This document shows, in pieces, positions 17,141-31,806 of a stretch of 64,000 nucleotides of DNA (position 1 is the first letter of the stretch; each line of letters begins with the position of its first letter). The translations under genes and the position numbers were made by a program. This DNA comes from Eledone cirrhosa (lineage: Eukaryota), in the NCBI GenBank assembly GCA_964016885.1, contig OZ024766.1:1550001-1614000 (forward strand). Direction: 5' to 3'. A model generated the notes under the pieces. The model saw only the letters and a program-made list of their open reading frames with translations. It did no database searches and was not told the DNA's origin.

Positions 17141-17183
17141 AATGATATTAAATAAATGGAAACTATATTTATAAAACCATATT

Positions 17184-17244
17184 TATTCTATTATATACAT
17201 TTCAAGGGTACCAAAACTTTGGCACGCTCTCATCAGATAAAATA
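17184..17244 (-). ncRNA. Minimal type I hammerhead motif (family C)
   Basis: tattttat CTGATGA gagcgtgcc-aaagtttt-ggtaccctt GAAA tgtata TA atagaata. Confidence 0.7.
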
Positions 17245-17322
17245 CAAAGTGTGTTTTATAAATTTTGACATAGCCAAGGAGAATATACCTTAATGGTTCT
17301 AGTTATCCTTGGATACTCTATA

Positions 17323-17353
<31 letters not shown>

Positions 17354-17904
17354 GTGTGTATATATATATATATAAATAATTATATATTTATATATTTTAT
17401 ATATATGTATATATAATTGTATAAGTGAAGATAACATGGTCAACAATACAAAAAAAGGGATTTATTTACAGTCTGACGATTGTTTCACTGATAAAGTTGT
17501 CTAAACATTGCTGAACACTAGAAGCAGTGCCACTCAATTTTAAATACGATGTTAGCTTAACCAGATCAAAATTGATGGAAGTTACGGAGTAGGTAGACCC
17601 AGAAAAACCTGGGACGATCTGATAAATTCCGACCTCACACACTTACACCTCTCCAAGACAATGTCACTGGACCGACCTCACACACTTACACCTCTCCAAG
17701 ACAATGTCACTGGACTGAGATCTTTGGCGCTACGCAGTAATACAGAAGACCCGCCTTGCCTATGTACAAAGTGAAACCTACAGTCAGTAGGCCCCTCTTA
17801 ACCAAATATACACCCCCTCCCACTAACCCTACCCCCATCAACACCATCCTTTCTCTGTAAAGTTATGTTGGTGCCACAACATCCAGTCCTAAATAAATGA
17901 GGTT

Positions 17905-18155
17905 GTGTAGGTGTCACGACAAAAAACACCCAGTCCACACTGTAATGTGGCCGTGTAGGTAACATGGTAAAAACCTCCCAGTCCACACTGTAAACGTGGT
18001 TGGTGTTAGGAAGGGCATCCAGCCGTAGAAAACCTGCCAGACAGTCCTACACGAGTGAGACACGGTCACCCAACCAATCTTGCCTCAAGTGGGACAAATT
18101 CCCGTCTAACCCATGCTAGCGTGGAAGATAGACGTTAAACAATGATGATGATGAT
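17905..18155 (+). mobile_element. SINE 3' portion with a second RTE-type tail (relatives at 12780-12850, 44400-44535, 57670-57745)
   Basis: ggttggtgttaggaagggcatccagccgtagaaa body; tail cccgtctaacccatgctagcgtggaagatagacgttaaac + (GAT)n. Confidence 0.75.
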
Positions 18156-18325
18156 ACACACACACATATATATATACATACACACACACACAGACACATA
18201 TATACATACACACACACATATATAAATATACATACACACACATGCGAAATATTTTTATGGTCTGTGCATATAAATAAAAAGCAAGTGTGTGTGTAGGTAT
18301 ATATATATATATAGTATGACTAGAG

Positions 18326-18376
<51 letters not shown>

Positions 18377-18464
18377 AGAGGCTTTTTGTATGTGAGAACA
18401 ACAGAGCATTCTGTAGAGTAAATAAGTTATTGTGGACATAGAGAGAGAGAGAGGGGGGGGAGAG

Positions 18465-19800
18465 AGAGGTGGTTGATAGCTTCCGGTACCTAGGTGATGA
18501 GATTAGCATGGGGGGGGGGGTTCCGAGGCCATAGTATCTCTTCATAAGGAAGGGTTGGAAGAAGTTTAGGGAGCTGCTTCCTCTGCTGACAAAGAAGGGT
18601 TTCTCCCTGCGTACGAAAGGCCGGTTATATGATGCCTGTGCGAGATGCACGATGCTGCACGGTAGCGAGACATGGGCAGCAACTGCAGAGGATATGCGAC
18701 GGCTGGAGAGAAATGAAGCAAGTATGCTCCGTTGGACGTATAATGTCAATGTGTGTGAACGACCCAGCGTGGATGAGTTGAGAGAGAAACTGTGTATAAG
18801 AGGGATAAACTGTAGTGTGTGGGAGAGAAGACTGAGATGGTATGGACATGTGATGTGTTGAGAGAGAAACTGGGTATAAGAGGGGTAAGTTGTAGTGTGT
18901 GGGAGAGAAGACTGAGAAGGTATGGACATGTGATGTGTTGAGAGAGAAACTGGGTATAAGAGGGGTAAGTTGTGGTGTGTGGGAGAGAAGACTGAGATGG
19001 TATGGACATGTGATGTGGTGAGAGAGAAACTGGGTATAAGAGGGATAAGTTGTGGTGTGTGGGAGAGAGGACTGAGATGGTATGGACATGTGATGTGGTG
19101 AGAGAGAAACTGTGTATAAGAGGGGTAAGTTGTGGTGTGTGGGAGAGAGGACTGAGATGGTATGGACATGTGATGTGTTGAGAGAGAAACTGGGTATAAG
19201 AGGGATAAGTTGTGGTGTGTGGGAGAGGAGACTGAGGTGGTATGGACATGTGATGTGGTGAGAGAGAAACTGGGTATAAGAGGGATAAGTTGTAGTGTGT
19301 GGGAGAGAAGGCTGAGATGGTATGGACAAGTGATGTGTTGAGAAAGAAACTGTGTATAAGAGGGATAAGTTGTAGTGTGTGGGAGAGAAGACTGAGATGG
19401 TATGGACATGTGATGTGTTGAGAGAGAAACTGTGTATAAAAGGGATAAGTTGTAGTGTGTGGGAGAGAAGAACGAGATGGTATGGACATGTGATGTGGTG
19501 AGAGAGAAACTGGATATAAGAGGGATAAGTTGTGGTGTATGGGAGAGAAGACTGAGATGGTATGGACATGTGATATGCATGGAGGATGACCGTTGGGTAA
19601 AGAAGTGCCAAGAAATGCCAGTAGAAGGAAGACATGGTAGAGGAAGACCACGAAAAACATGGGCGGAGGTGGTGAGAGCAGACCTCAGATTGCTGAAGCT
19701 CACAGAGGAGATGACGAAGGACCGTGACAAGTGGAGAGATGCTGTGCTGAATAGGACCCGTCCCACCCTTGCAAGCAGGGAAAAGCGGACGTAAAATGAT
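18465..19800 (+). mobile_element. RTE 3' fragment with an internal 80-bp tandem array (10 units)
   Basis: Homologous to the LINE at 32991-33615 from EVVDSFRYLG to the 3' end. Units start at 18781, 18861 ... 19501. Confidence 0.92.
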
Positions 19801-19856
19801 TATATATATGTGTGTGTGTGTGTGCATATATATATATATATGTGTGCATATATATA

Positions 19857-19889
<33 letters not shown>

Positions 19890-20420
19890 ATGTGTGTATG
19901 TATGTATGTATATGTGTATATGTATGTATATATATATATACACACAGGATGGGACACAACTAGTTGCAAGCAGAAGACATGCGTGAGAAAGTGAGGGGGG
20001 GAGAGGTAGAATGTGTGTGAAAGAGAGGGGGAGAGGTAGAATGTGTGTGAAAGGGAGGGGGCGAGAGGTAGAATGTGTGTGAAAGAGAGGGGGAGAGGTA
20101 GAATGTGTGTGAAAGAGAGGGGGGGAGAGGTATAATGTGTGTGAAAGAGAGGGGGAGAGGTAGAATGTGTGTGAAAGAGAGGGGGGGAGAGGTATAATGT
20201 GTGTGAAAGAGAGGGGGAGAGAATGTATGTACATGATAGTGGTGAAGATAAAGTGGTTCAACTGTGTGTGTGTGTGTGTGTGTGTTTGTGTGTACATGCA
20301 TGGATGTATGTGTATGAACATTTGCTTTGATGTGCATGTGTATGTGTACACATAATTGCATGTGTATATATGTATGTATCTATATATATATGTATATATG
20401 TTTGTATGTATATATGTATG

Positions 20421-20451
<31 letters not shown>

Positions 20452-20504
20452 GTATGTATATATATATATATGTATATATATATGTATGTATATATATATA
20501 TATG

Positions 20505-20537
<33 letters not shown>

Positions 20538-20606
20538 GTATGTATACATGTATGTATATATATATATGTATGTATATATACATGTATGTATATATATATA
20601 TGTATG

Positions 20607-20643
<37 letters not shown>

Positions 20644-21112
20644 GTATATATATATATGTATGTATGTATGTATATATGTATGTATATATATATATGTATG
20701 TATGTATGTATACATGTATGTATATATATATGTATGTATGTATATATGTATGTATATATATATATGTATGTATATATACATGTATGTATATATATATATG
20801 TATGTATGTATGTATATATGTATGTATATGTATATATGTATGTATGTATGTATACATGTATGTATATATATATATGTATGTATGTATGTATATATATATG
20901 TATATATATATATGTATGTATGTATGTATACATGTATGTATATATATACATGTATGTATATATATATGTATGTATGTATATATGTATGTATATGTATATA
21001 TGTATATATATGTGGAGAGAGGAGGGCATTGGGGGGGGAGTAAATAACATGAACCATTAGTCAGGCTTGTGGGTCAGTCAACTTAACGAGTTGGTAATTA
21101 CTTCATTGTGGA

Positions 21113-21168
<56 letters not shown>

Positions 21169-21327
21169 TATATATATACATGTATGTGTATATATATATA
21201 TATATATATATGTCTCTGTGTCTTTGCGTGTGTGTGTATATATATACACACACATATATACACACATGGACACACACACACACACATATATATATATACA
21301 CACACACACACATATATACACACATGG

Positions 21328-21378
<51 letters not shown>

Positions 21379-21391
21379 TATATACACACAT

Positions 21392-21458
<67 letters not shown>

Positions 21459-21473
21459 TATATACACACATGG

Positions 21474-21528
<55 letters not shown>

Positions 21529-21549
21529 TATATACACACATGGACACAC

Positions 21550-21580
<31 letters not shown>

Positions 21581-21825
21581 TATATATATATGTGTGTGTG
21601 TACATAGTACCATAGAGGTATTCAGCCCAGACCAAGTTGGCAACTGTCGGAGCCTCCATAAAATACGACCCCTCTGTAACTTACGTTCCAAATAACTCAA
21701 TATCGAGAAATTTAGGGCGAGCTGAAAAGTCCTACCCTGGGAATCTCTCTTTGATATATATATATATATGAATAAAAAAAAAATGGCGTAGACATACAAC
21801 ACAACAGGAGGAACAATGAATATAA

Positions 21826-21862
21826 CACCACTGACGATGTTGCAGATGTGCAACGAAAGATT
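21826..21862 (+). ncRNA. Partial hammerhead motif (family A)
   Basis: CTGACGA t-gttgca-gatg-tgcaac GAAA; perfect stem II with compensatory changes relative to 1293-1309. Stem I 3' strand not evident. Confidence 0.45.
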
Positions 21863-22085
21863 TATGTAAATTATGTAAACTATATATATGTGTTTGTGTC
21901 TATATTGTATCTGTATTATTTTTGACCGTCGGTCAGTCAATGGCAACATTGAGGACCGAGTAAGTTAGATCGCAGATATATATATATATATAAAAGACAG
22001 CGAGAAGCGAAAACCAACCAAACAGTGAGTGTGTTCTGTTATTAATTCTGGCAATATTACGCAAATATGACCCTCCCCAAGTATA

Positions 22086-22125
<40 letters not shown>

Positions 22126-22256
22126 TATATGTAGGAGGTGAGTTTTATTGTAGTACAATAAAGCAATGCAGATATCGGATAAGAAGCACTCTACAGTTTG
22201 TAGGACTGGAGTATACATAATATATAAGATCAAAAGATGGTTAAAGGAGTTCCATG

Positions 22257-22334
22257 TATTTTATTATGCGCATTTCAAAAACAAATATCATATATCATCA
22301 TGCGATGACATTTGCATTTTCGTCAGATAAAATA
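22257..22334 (-). ncRNA. Minimal type I hammerhead motif (family C, left arm of a fold-back)
   Basis: tattttat CTGACGA aaatgcaaa...tttgttttt GAAA tgcgca TA ataaaata. Confidence 0.7.
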
Positions 22335-22624
22335 GGGAGACATGATATGAAGGTTAAAAAACACTTGTGAATAGTGCAGTTTTAAATCAACATATGAAAA
22401 GTAATTTAAGATTGATGTGTGATATTGGGAAAAAAATTAGGTGGGGGGGGGAAGGATGAAACTCCCCCATCATTCTTTACTCTCATCTCCTCCTCTTTTT
22501 CATCCTTTCCAACCCCCCCTCATTTTTTTCCCAATATCACACATCAATCTTAAATTACTTTTCATATGTTGATTTAAAACTGCACTATTCACAAGTGTTT
22601 TTTAACCTTCATATCATGTCTCCC

Positions 22625-22693
22625 TATTTTATCTGACGAAAACGCAAAAGGTCATTGCACGATATTTGTTTTTGAAATGCGCATAATAAAATA
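22625..22693 (+). ncRNA. Minimal type I hammerhead motif (family C, right arm of a fold-back)
   Basis: tattttat CTGACGA aaacgcaaa...tttgttttt GAAA tgcgca TA ataaaata; palindromic TGCGCA in place of stem III. Confidence 0.72.
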
Positions 22694-22929
22694 CATGGAA
22701 CTCTTTTGACCATCTTTTGATCTTATATTATACATACATATATATATGAATTGTTTCCGTAGGAAAGATAAAGGAAAAGAGAGTGCTCTATGTAGGCTAC
22801 AGAGCTTTTTAGTTATGTAATAAACAACATAAGATAATTAATTCATTTACCAGTGGTTTCTTGAAGACATAGTTATATGTCTTCAGTCGTCAGAACGAAT
22901 AAAATCTTTTATAAATGTTTTATTCGTTA

Positions 22930-23543
22930 TGAGAGAGAAACTGGGTATAAGAGGGATAAGTTGTAGTGTGTGAGAGAGAAGACTGAGGTGGTATGGACAT
23001 GTGATGTGTTGAGAGAGAAACTGGGTATAAGAGGGATAAGTTGTAGTGTGTGGGAGAGAAGACTGAGATGGTATGGACATGTGATGTGTTGAGAGAGAAA
23101 CTGGGTATAAGAGGGATAAGTTGTGGTGTGTGGGAGAGAAGACTGAGGTGGTATGGACATGTGATGTGGTGAGAGAGAAACTGGGTATAAGAGGGATAAG
23201 CTGTGGTGTGTGGGAGAGAAGACTGAGATGGTATGGACATATGATGTGGTGAGAGAGAAACTGGGTATAAGAGGGATAAGTTGTGGTGTACGGGAGAGGA
23301 GACTGAGATGGTATGGACATGTGATACACATGGAGGATGACTGCTGGGTAAAGAAGTGCCAAGAAATCCCAGTTGAAGGAAGACGTGGTAGAGGTAGACC
23401 AAGGAAAACATGGGCGGAGGTGGTGAGAGCAGACCTCAGATTGCTGAAACTCACTGAGGAGATGAAGGACCGTGACAAGTGGAGAGATGCTGTGCTGAAT
23501 AGGACCCGTCCCACCCTTGCAAGCAGGGAAAAGCGGACGTAAA

Positions 23544-23591
<48 letters not shown>

Positions 23592-23597
23592 ATGATG
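22930..23597 (+). mobile_element. RTE 3' fragment beginning with the same 80-bp tandem array (5 units), with (GAT)n tail
   Basis: Units at 22931, 23011, 23091, 23171, 23251, then the same RTE C-terminal coding sequence and 3' end. Confidence 0.92.
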
Positions 23598-24859
23598 ATA
23601 TATATGTGTGTGTGTGTGTATATACATTATAGTGTGGACTGGGTGCTTTTAGTTGTGTCCTTTCCATGACCACTTTACAGTGTGGACTGGGTGGGTTTTT
23701 TTTGTCATGACACCCCCTATCCACCCTACCCCCTATCCACCCTACCCCCCTATCCACCCTACTCCCTATCCTCTCCCTACTCCCCATTTCACTCCCACAG
23801 TCAACCAGAGAACAATTATGTTATTTACAGCTACAATTAACACTGACTCCAACAGATGGTATGTTAATAGGAGATCTGTGTATTGGTGTGGTGGTGTGGT
23901 GTGGTGTGGTGTGGTGGTGGTGGTGGTGTGGTGTGGTGGTATGGTGTTTGTGGTGTGGTGTGGTGGTGGTGTGGTGCTGGTGTGGTGTGGTGGTGTTGGT
24001 GATGATATTGTGGTGCAGTTGAGCTGATGGTGGTGTTGTGATGGTGTGATGTGGTGGTGTGGTGGTATGGTATTTGTGGTGTGGTGTGGTGTGGTGGTGT
24101 GGTGGTGGTGGTGGTGTGGTGGTGTTGGTGATGATATTGTGGTGCAGTAGAGCTGATGGTGGTGTGGTGGTGGTGTTGGTGTGGTGTGGTGGTGGTGTTG
24201 GTGTGGTGTGGTGGTGGTGCTGGTGTGGTGTGGTGGTGTTGGTGATGATATTGTGGTGCAGTAGAGCTGATGGTGGTGTGGTGATGGTGTGATGTGGTGT
24301 GGTGTGGTGGCGGTGTGATGATGTAGTGGTGTTAATGTTGTGCTGGTTGGAGTACTGTAGTTGTAGCATTCGGAAATCAGCTCCCACCACCTGTGACAAC
24401 CTAAGTCCTCCATGGTCTTCCTCTACTGCAGCTTCCTTCCACCGAGAACTCCTGCTAATTCTTCACCCAACAATCACCATCCATACACATCACATGTCTA
24501 TACCAGAGCAGTCTCCTCTCCTACACAGACAAAGGAATTGGGAGAACCATACAGCCATGCCAAAGACATGACAACCTCTCTAGTTTTGGTGATCTACATA
24601 AATACACCCAGTACACTCTGTAAAATGGTTGGTGATGGGGAGGACATCCAGCTGTAGAAATGTTGCCAAAGAAAGGGTTGGGAGAACCTTCAAAAACATG
24701 TCGCCTCCTGAGCACCCAGTAGAACGTGTGACTGTAAATAAGTGAGACACAGTTCCCTGGCTTCTTTGGGAGCCCAGGGGCTCGGTTGCAGTAATGACTT
24801 GGTCTTTGTAGATCTGACAATGATGATGATGATACATATATGTATGTATGAGGGGACTG

Positions 24860-25400
24860 AGGTTAGCTGGACATGTTCACCGACATCCAGAGTTGACACT
24901 GCACTCAGTGCTCCTGTGGGGAGCCCCTACATGGACACACTAGGTTAGCTGGACATGCTCACCGACATCCAGAGTTGACACTGCACTCAGTGCTCCTGTG
25001 GGGGCCCCTACACGAACTCACTAGGTTAGCTGGACATGCTCACCGACATCCAGAGTTGACACTGCACTCAGTGCTCCTGTGGGGAGCCCCTACATGGACA
25101 CACTAGGTTAGCTGGACATGCTCACCGACATCCAGAGTTGACACTGCACTCAGTGCTCCTGTGGGAGCCCCTACACGGACGGACTAGGTTAGCTGGACAT
25201 GCTCACTGACATCCAGAGTTGACATTGCACTCAGTGCTCCTGTGGGAGCCCCTGCATGGACACACTGGAAGAGGGAGACTGAGGTTGACCTATGTTGATG
25301 CCCTAAGGACAGACGCTGGTCTGTTGGAGAAGCAGGACATGGCAGCGATGATGAGGGACAGAGACCACTGGAGAGAACTCGTCCATGGATTTAGCCGCCC
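24860..25400 (+). mobile_element. 3' fragment of a second RTE-like family with an approximately 82-bp tandem array (5 units)
   Basis: Reads LAGH...VLLWEPLHGHTGRGRLRLTYVDAL...MMRDRDHWR, a typical RTE C-terminus. Units at about 24861, 24943, 25024, 25106, 25187. Confidence 0.8.
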
Positions 25401-25677
25401 TGGATAGATATATATATATGGATATATATATATGGATATAGATAGATAGATGTGTGTGTGTGTAAAGAGATAGTCAAATGTAATTTTGTGCTGTGGAATG
25501 TCTGCGTGTATATATATATGTGTGTATGTTTGTGTAAATGTGTGTGTATATATATGTGTGTTTGTGTATGTTTGTGTGTATATGCATGTCTGTCTACATA
25601 TATGTGTATGCGTATGTGTGTGTGTGTATATATATATGTCTGCATCTGTATATATATATACATAATTATATATATAT

Positions 25678-25751
<74 letters not shown>

Positions 25752-26403
25752 CATACACACACACACGCACATATATATATATACACACACACACATATAT
25801 ATATATACACACACACACATATATATATATACACACACATATATACACACACACACACACATATATATACACACATACATACATATATATACACACACAC
25901 ACACATATACATATATACATATATATACACACATACATACATACATATATATATATACACACATACATATATACATACACACACATATACATATATATAT
26001 ATACACACACAAACATATATATATATATATATATATGTTTGTGCAGTATATTAAAATTTCTGATATCAAATTCTCCATTTATATACAAACTAAATATGGT
26101 AAGAAAAATGTGCGCGTGTGTGTGTGTGAGTGTGTGTGTGTGTGTATGTGTGTGTGTGAGAGAGTGTGTATGAGTGTGTATGAGTGTGTGACTGTTCATA
26201 CTTAAAAGTGCCACACCCACCCACTTTAATATATATATATATATATGTGAGTATGTATATAAGTATGTTTGTGTACATATATGTATATGTATGTGTGTGT
26301 GTATATATATATATGTGTGTGTATATATATATGTGTGTATATATATATATATGCATGTGTGTCTGTGTGTGTGTGTATATATATGTGTGCGTGTGTGTGT
26401 ATA

Positions 26404-26471
<68 letters not shown>

Positions 26472-26557
26472 TGTGTGTCTGTGAGTGTGTGTATATATAT
26501 ATATGTGTGCGTGTGTGTGTATATATATGTGTATATATATATATATATGCATGTGTG

Positions 26558-26599
<42 letters not shown>

Positions 26600-26876
26600 T
26601 GTGTATATATGTGTTATATATATATATATATATATATGCATGTGTGCGTGTGTATATATATATATATATATGTGTGTATATATATGTGTGTGTGCGTGTG
26701 TATATATATATATGTGTGTATATATATATATGTGTGTATATGTGTGTGTGTGACTGTCCCCTTACACTACAGTGACATTTCAACCACTTATATATTTTGG
26801 CGGCAACTCTCCATGTCAACGAACACCACCAAGGAAGTGTGTGTATATATATATATATATACACATATATATATAT

Positions 26877-26961
<85 letters not shown>

Positions 26962-26998
26962 TATATACACATATATATATATACACATATATATACAC

Positions 26999-27049
<51 letters not shown>

Positions 27050-27120
27050 TATATGTTTGTATATACACATATATATATGTTTGTATATATACATATTTAT
27101 ATATATGTCTGTATATACAC

Positions 27121-27151
<31 letters not shown>

Positions 27152-27169
27152 TAATGTGTGTATCTCTGC

Positions 27170-27215
<46 letters not shown>

Positions 27216-27267
27216 TCAGTTTGTATGTATATATTTATTTGTGTGTATGTGTATATATATATATGTG

Positions 27268-27303
<36 letters not shown>

Positions 27304-27335
27304 CTAATTTTGGTCATTAGTTTGTGGCCATGTCT

Positions 27336-27381
<46 letters not shown>

Positions 27382-27506
27382 GGTGTTTGTGTATGTAAGC
27401 ATGTATATGTGTGCGTGTATGTCCACACATGACTTGATATCTGTGTATATACACACATATTTATAAATATGTGCATGTATATATATATGTGTGTGTGTAT
27501 ATACAT

Positions 27507-27567
<61 letters not shown>

Positions 27568-27774
27568 AGTGTGTCTTTTTCCCTCCTTTGAATTCTGTGA
27601 CCCACTTGTATTTAGAAGGATGTGGTGTGATTCTGGTGTATAATGTCTACATATATATATATACATAAATATATATATATATATATGTTGATATACATAA
27701 ATATATATATATATATGTTGATTTAAAACTGCACTATCAACAAGTGTTTTTTTAGCCTTCATATCATGTTCTCC

Positions 27775-27845
27775 TGTTTTATCTGATGAAAACACAAATA
27801 TTATTGTTTGATGATGTTTGTTTTTGAAATGCGCATAATAAAATA
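27775..27845 (+). ncRNA. Minimal type I hammerhead motif (family C)
   Basis: tgttttat CTGATGA aaacacaaatattatt...gatgatgtttgttttt GAAA tgcgca TA ataaaata. Confidence 0.72.
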
Positions 27846-28324
27846 TATTGAACTCCTTTAACCATCTTTTGATCTTATATTATATATATATATATATATT
27901 TATTAAAATAACAGATTAAAGTTTAAGCAAAGAATCGCTGCTTTCACTCTTAACGGGATCTTGGGAAACTAAAAAAAAATCAACCTGTGAACGCAGACTA
28001 AAATTCTATTTACGAAACCGAATGATTCTCGGCTTCAGGGTAAAGAATAAATAAATTACAGAGGTAATTGAAATTAAATATATACATGCACGCATCCATA
28101 TACGTACATACACATGCATACGACTTCAGTTATACCATAAACGTGGTTTTGTTTTTGCGTGTAATTGTTCTCATCGCTCCACATAACGACGTATTATCTT
28201 CGTTTTTTTCCCGTTCATTGCCAGGGAACGTCTCCACGAACCAAACTATTGTCTTCCTGTCTTCCTTCGGTTGCAACGTTTTTCGAAATATTTACTTCTG
28301 CGTTCACAGATTGATTTTTTTTTT

Positions 28325-28375
28325 AGTTTCAGAAGATCCCGTTAAGGGTGAAAGCAGCGGTTCTTTGCTTAAACT
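28325..28375 (+). ncRNA. Hammerhead-like motif with a mutated core (family D); inverted partner at 27920-27970, relatives at 10823-10866 and 63279-63322
   Basis: agttt CAGAAGA tccc-gttaa-gggt GAAA gca...tgc TT aaact; the 63279 copy has the canonical CTGAAGA. Confidence 0.5.
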
Positions 28376-29444
28376 TTTTAATCTGTTATTTTAATAAATA
28401 TTTACTCTAGGGTTCTTATATATTTAATATATATTTATCCTTATCGATCCCTCTTTGGATTTTAGTCTTCACATTTATTATTATTACTATATATATATAT
28501 ATAGTATATATATATATATAGAGAGTAATACTAATAAATTATGTGGTAGTGTTGGTGTCATGATAAAATATATATGAACTTACTGCTATTCCCAACACAC
28601 CACCACTATAACCACGGGCCAACACTCACCCATGACCATTAACACACCACCACCAGCACCCACTACAGCAGCCTCACCCCACTCCAACCATGACCACCTA
28701 CTCTGATAACTCCCTATCCCCTGTGAGGGGTGGGGAGAGAAGGTGGTGTAGATACCATTTAGTTGGTCACTGGCATTTATACACTCCCTTGTGTATATAT
28801 ATATATATGGTGTGTATATATATACATATATATATATATATATGGTGTGTATATATATATGTACATATATATGTGTGTGTGCGTGTGTGTGTCTGTGCAT
28901 ATATATGTATGTATGTATATGTGTGTATATATATATATGTATGTAAATATGTGTATATATGTGTATATATATATCTATATATATTTTTATATGTGTGTAT
29001 ATATATATACACACATATACAAATGATATAACACAGTATCTATAACTTGGCATGCGTAGACACCACTACACCACCATCAACACCACCACCACCACCACCA
29101 CCACCACACCGCTACACCACCACCACCACACCACCACCACCACCACTATAGTCTTAGTTATCTAGAGTTAATTGCTCACTGCCACCCCCTCCCAGGAGCT
29201 TGTTAACGAAGGGGGCGGCGGTGTGGGCAGGGACGGCGGTGTGGGGGCAGGGTGTATGGCAGGGGCAGGGCGAGACATATTTAGGCTAATTAGTTCGTCA
29301 AACTGTCAACCTACCTACTGGTTGTTGGTTGTCACATCATTAGAGAGGAACAGGCTGGACGGGGTGGGGTGGGGTGGGGGGATGAGGGGGTTATGTATAT
29401 ACATAAAATTATGATGGAAGGTTTTTAGATAAATATAAACACTT

Positions 29445-29990
29445 TAAAACAGTTTTGTGTCAAAGAACCAGGGCTGTTTGGAACATAACTTAACAAAGGT
29501 CCTTACAAACAGTTTTGTATCAAAGAACCATGGGTGTTTTGGAACATAACTTAACAAAGGTTCTTACAAACAGTTTTGTATCAAAGAACCATGGGTGTTT
29601 GGAACATAACTTAACAAAGGTTCTTACAAACAGTTTTGTATCAAAGAACCAGGGGTGTTTGGAACATAACTTAACGAAGGTTCTTACAAACAGTTTTGTA
29701 TCATAGAACCAGGAGTGTTTGGAACATAACTTAACAAAGGTTCTTACAAACAGTTCTGTATCAAAGAACCATGGGTGTTTGGAACATAACTTAACAAAGG
29801 TTCTTACAAACAGTTTTGTATCAAAGAACCAGGGCTGTTTGGAACATAACTTAACGAAGGTTCTTACAAACAGTTTTGTATCATAGAACCAGGAGTGTTT
29901 GGAACATAACTTAACAAAGGTTCTTACAGTTTTGTATCAAAGAACCAGGGGTGTTTGGACATAACTTAACAAAGGTTCTTACAAACAGCT
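29445..29990. repeat. 60-bp minisatellite, about 9 units
   Basis: Unit aaacagttttgtatcaaagaaccaggggtgtttggaacataacttaacaaaggttcttac; related short array at 61128-61210. Confidence 0.95.
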
Positions 29991-31633
29991 TAGGGGTAGG
30001 TTCAGGTGGGTTTTGAAAGGGTTCTTGCAAAATGAAGGCTATTTATAGCTGGCCCCCTGCATATGTGTAGCTGTATTTAACAGGGTCTGTTTATTATTAT
30101 TTAGGGGTCTTTTGTCAGTAGATGCCTTTTAAATGGGAGACAGTTTAGGGAGCAGTCAGACAAACAGACAGACATACACACACACACACACTAATACATA
30201 CATATACATACATACATATACACACACACATACATACATATACATACATACATACACACACACATACATACAGACATACACTAATACATACATATACACA
30301 CATACATACATACATACATACACACACTAATACACACACTAATACATACACACATACACACACTAATACATACATACATACATACATACACACACTAATA
30401 CATACATACATACACACACTAATACATACATACACACACTAATACATACATACATACACACACTAATACATACATACACACACTAATACATACATACATA
30501 CATACACACACTAATACATACATACATACATACACACACAAATACATACATATACACACATACATACATACATACATACACACACTAATACACACACTAA
30601 TACATACATACATACACACACTAATACATACATACATACATACACACACTAATACATACATACACACACTAATACATACATACATACATACACACACTAA
30701 TACATACATACACACATACATACACTAATACATACATACACACACTAATACATACATACATACATACACACACTAATACATACATACACACACTAATACA
30801 TACATACATACATACATACACTAATACATACATACATACATACATACATACATACATACACACACTAATACATACATACACACACTAATACATACATACA
30901 TACATACATACACTAATACATACATACACACACTAATACATACATACATACACACACTAATACATACATACATACATACATACACTAATACATACATACA
31001 CACACTAATACATACATACACACACTAATACATACATACATACATACACACACTAATACATACATACACACATACATACATACATACATACACACACTAA
31101 TACATACATACACACACTAATACATACATACACACACTAATACATACATACAAGTGTGTGGAAGCGGGAGCAGGGGAAGGGGGTGAGGTGTAGATGCAGG
31201 GGTGGGCGTGGTAGGTGGTGGGGGGGGGGGGGGGTGCTGTTTGCTCCAGAATGGCAGAAGGGAGGGAGGAGGAGGGGGTGAGAGAGGACAGTAAGCTTAT
31301 ATAGATAGGTAGAGACATGGGTGGGGTGGGGTTGGTGTCGTGGTGGGGGGGGGGGGGGAAGAAGCCTGGCTGTAGTGGTGGTGGTGGTGGGAGGTTAGGA
31401 AATGCGGTGGTGGTGAAAGTGTGGGTGTGGTGGTGATGGTGAGAGAGGGGTGGCGGTGGTGGTGAGATGGAGGGAGAGGGGTGAGAGGGAGGGGTGGGGA
31501 GTGCAGTGGTGGTGAGAGGGAGGGGCGGCGGTGAGAGGGAGGGGTGTGGTGGTAACGAGGAATAAATGCTGTTTGTTTTAAACAGACAACACTGCATTCC
31601 ACACAGAGAATGTGCAACAGGGGGGGGGGGGTG

Positions 31634-31687
<54 letters not shown>

Positions 31688-31759
31688 TATATGTATGTAT
31701 ATATATATATATGTGTATATATGTATATATGTATGTATGTATATATGTATATATGTATG

Positions 31760-31806
<47 letters not shown>

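Noticed and set aside
17455-17500. Further hammerhead-like halves (also 22855-22900, 43950-44000, 44694-44720, 12610-12650)
   Set aside because: Only one conserved box or a broken core is visible; probably decayed relatives but not supportable as ribozymes.
29180-29400. GC-rich unique stretch as an internal promoter (similar island at 3010-3230)
   Set aside because: No associated splice donor or other positive evidence in the sequence.
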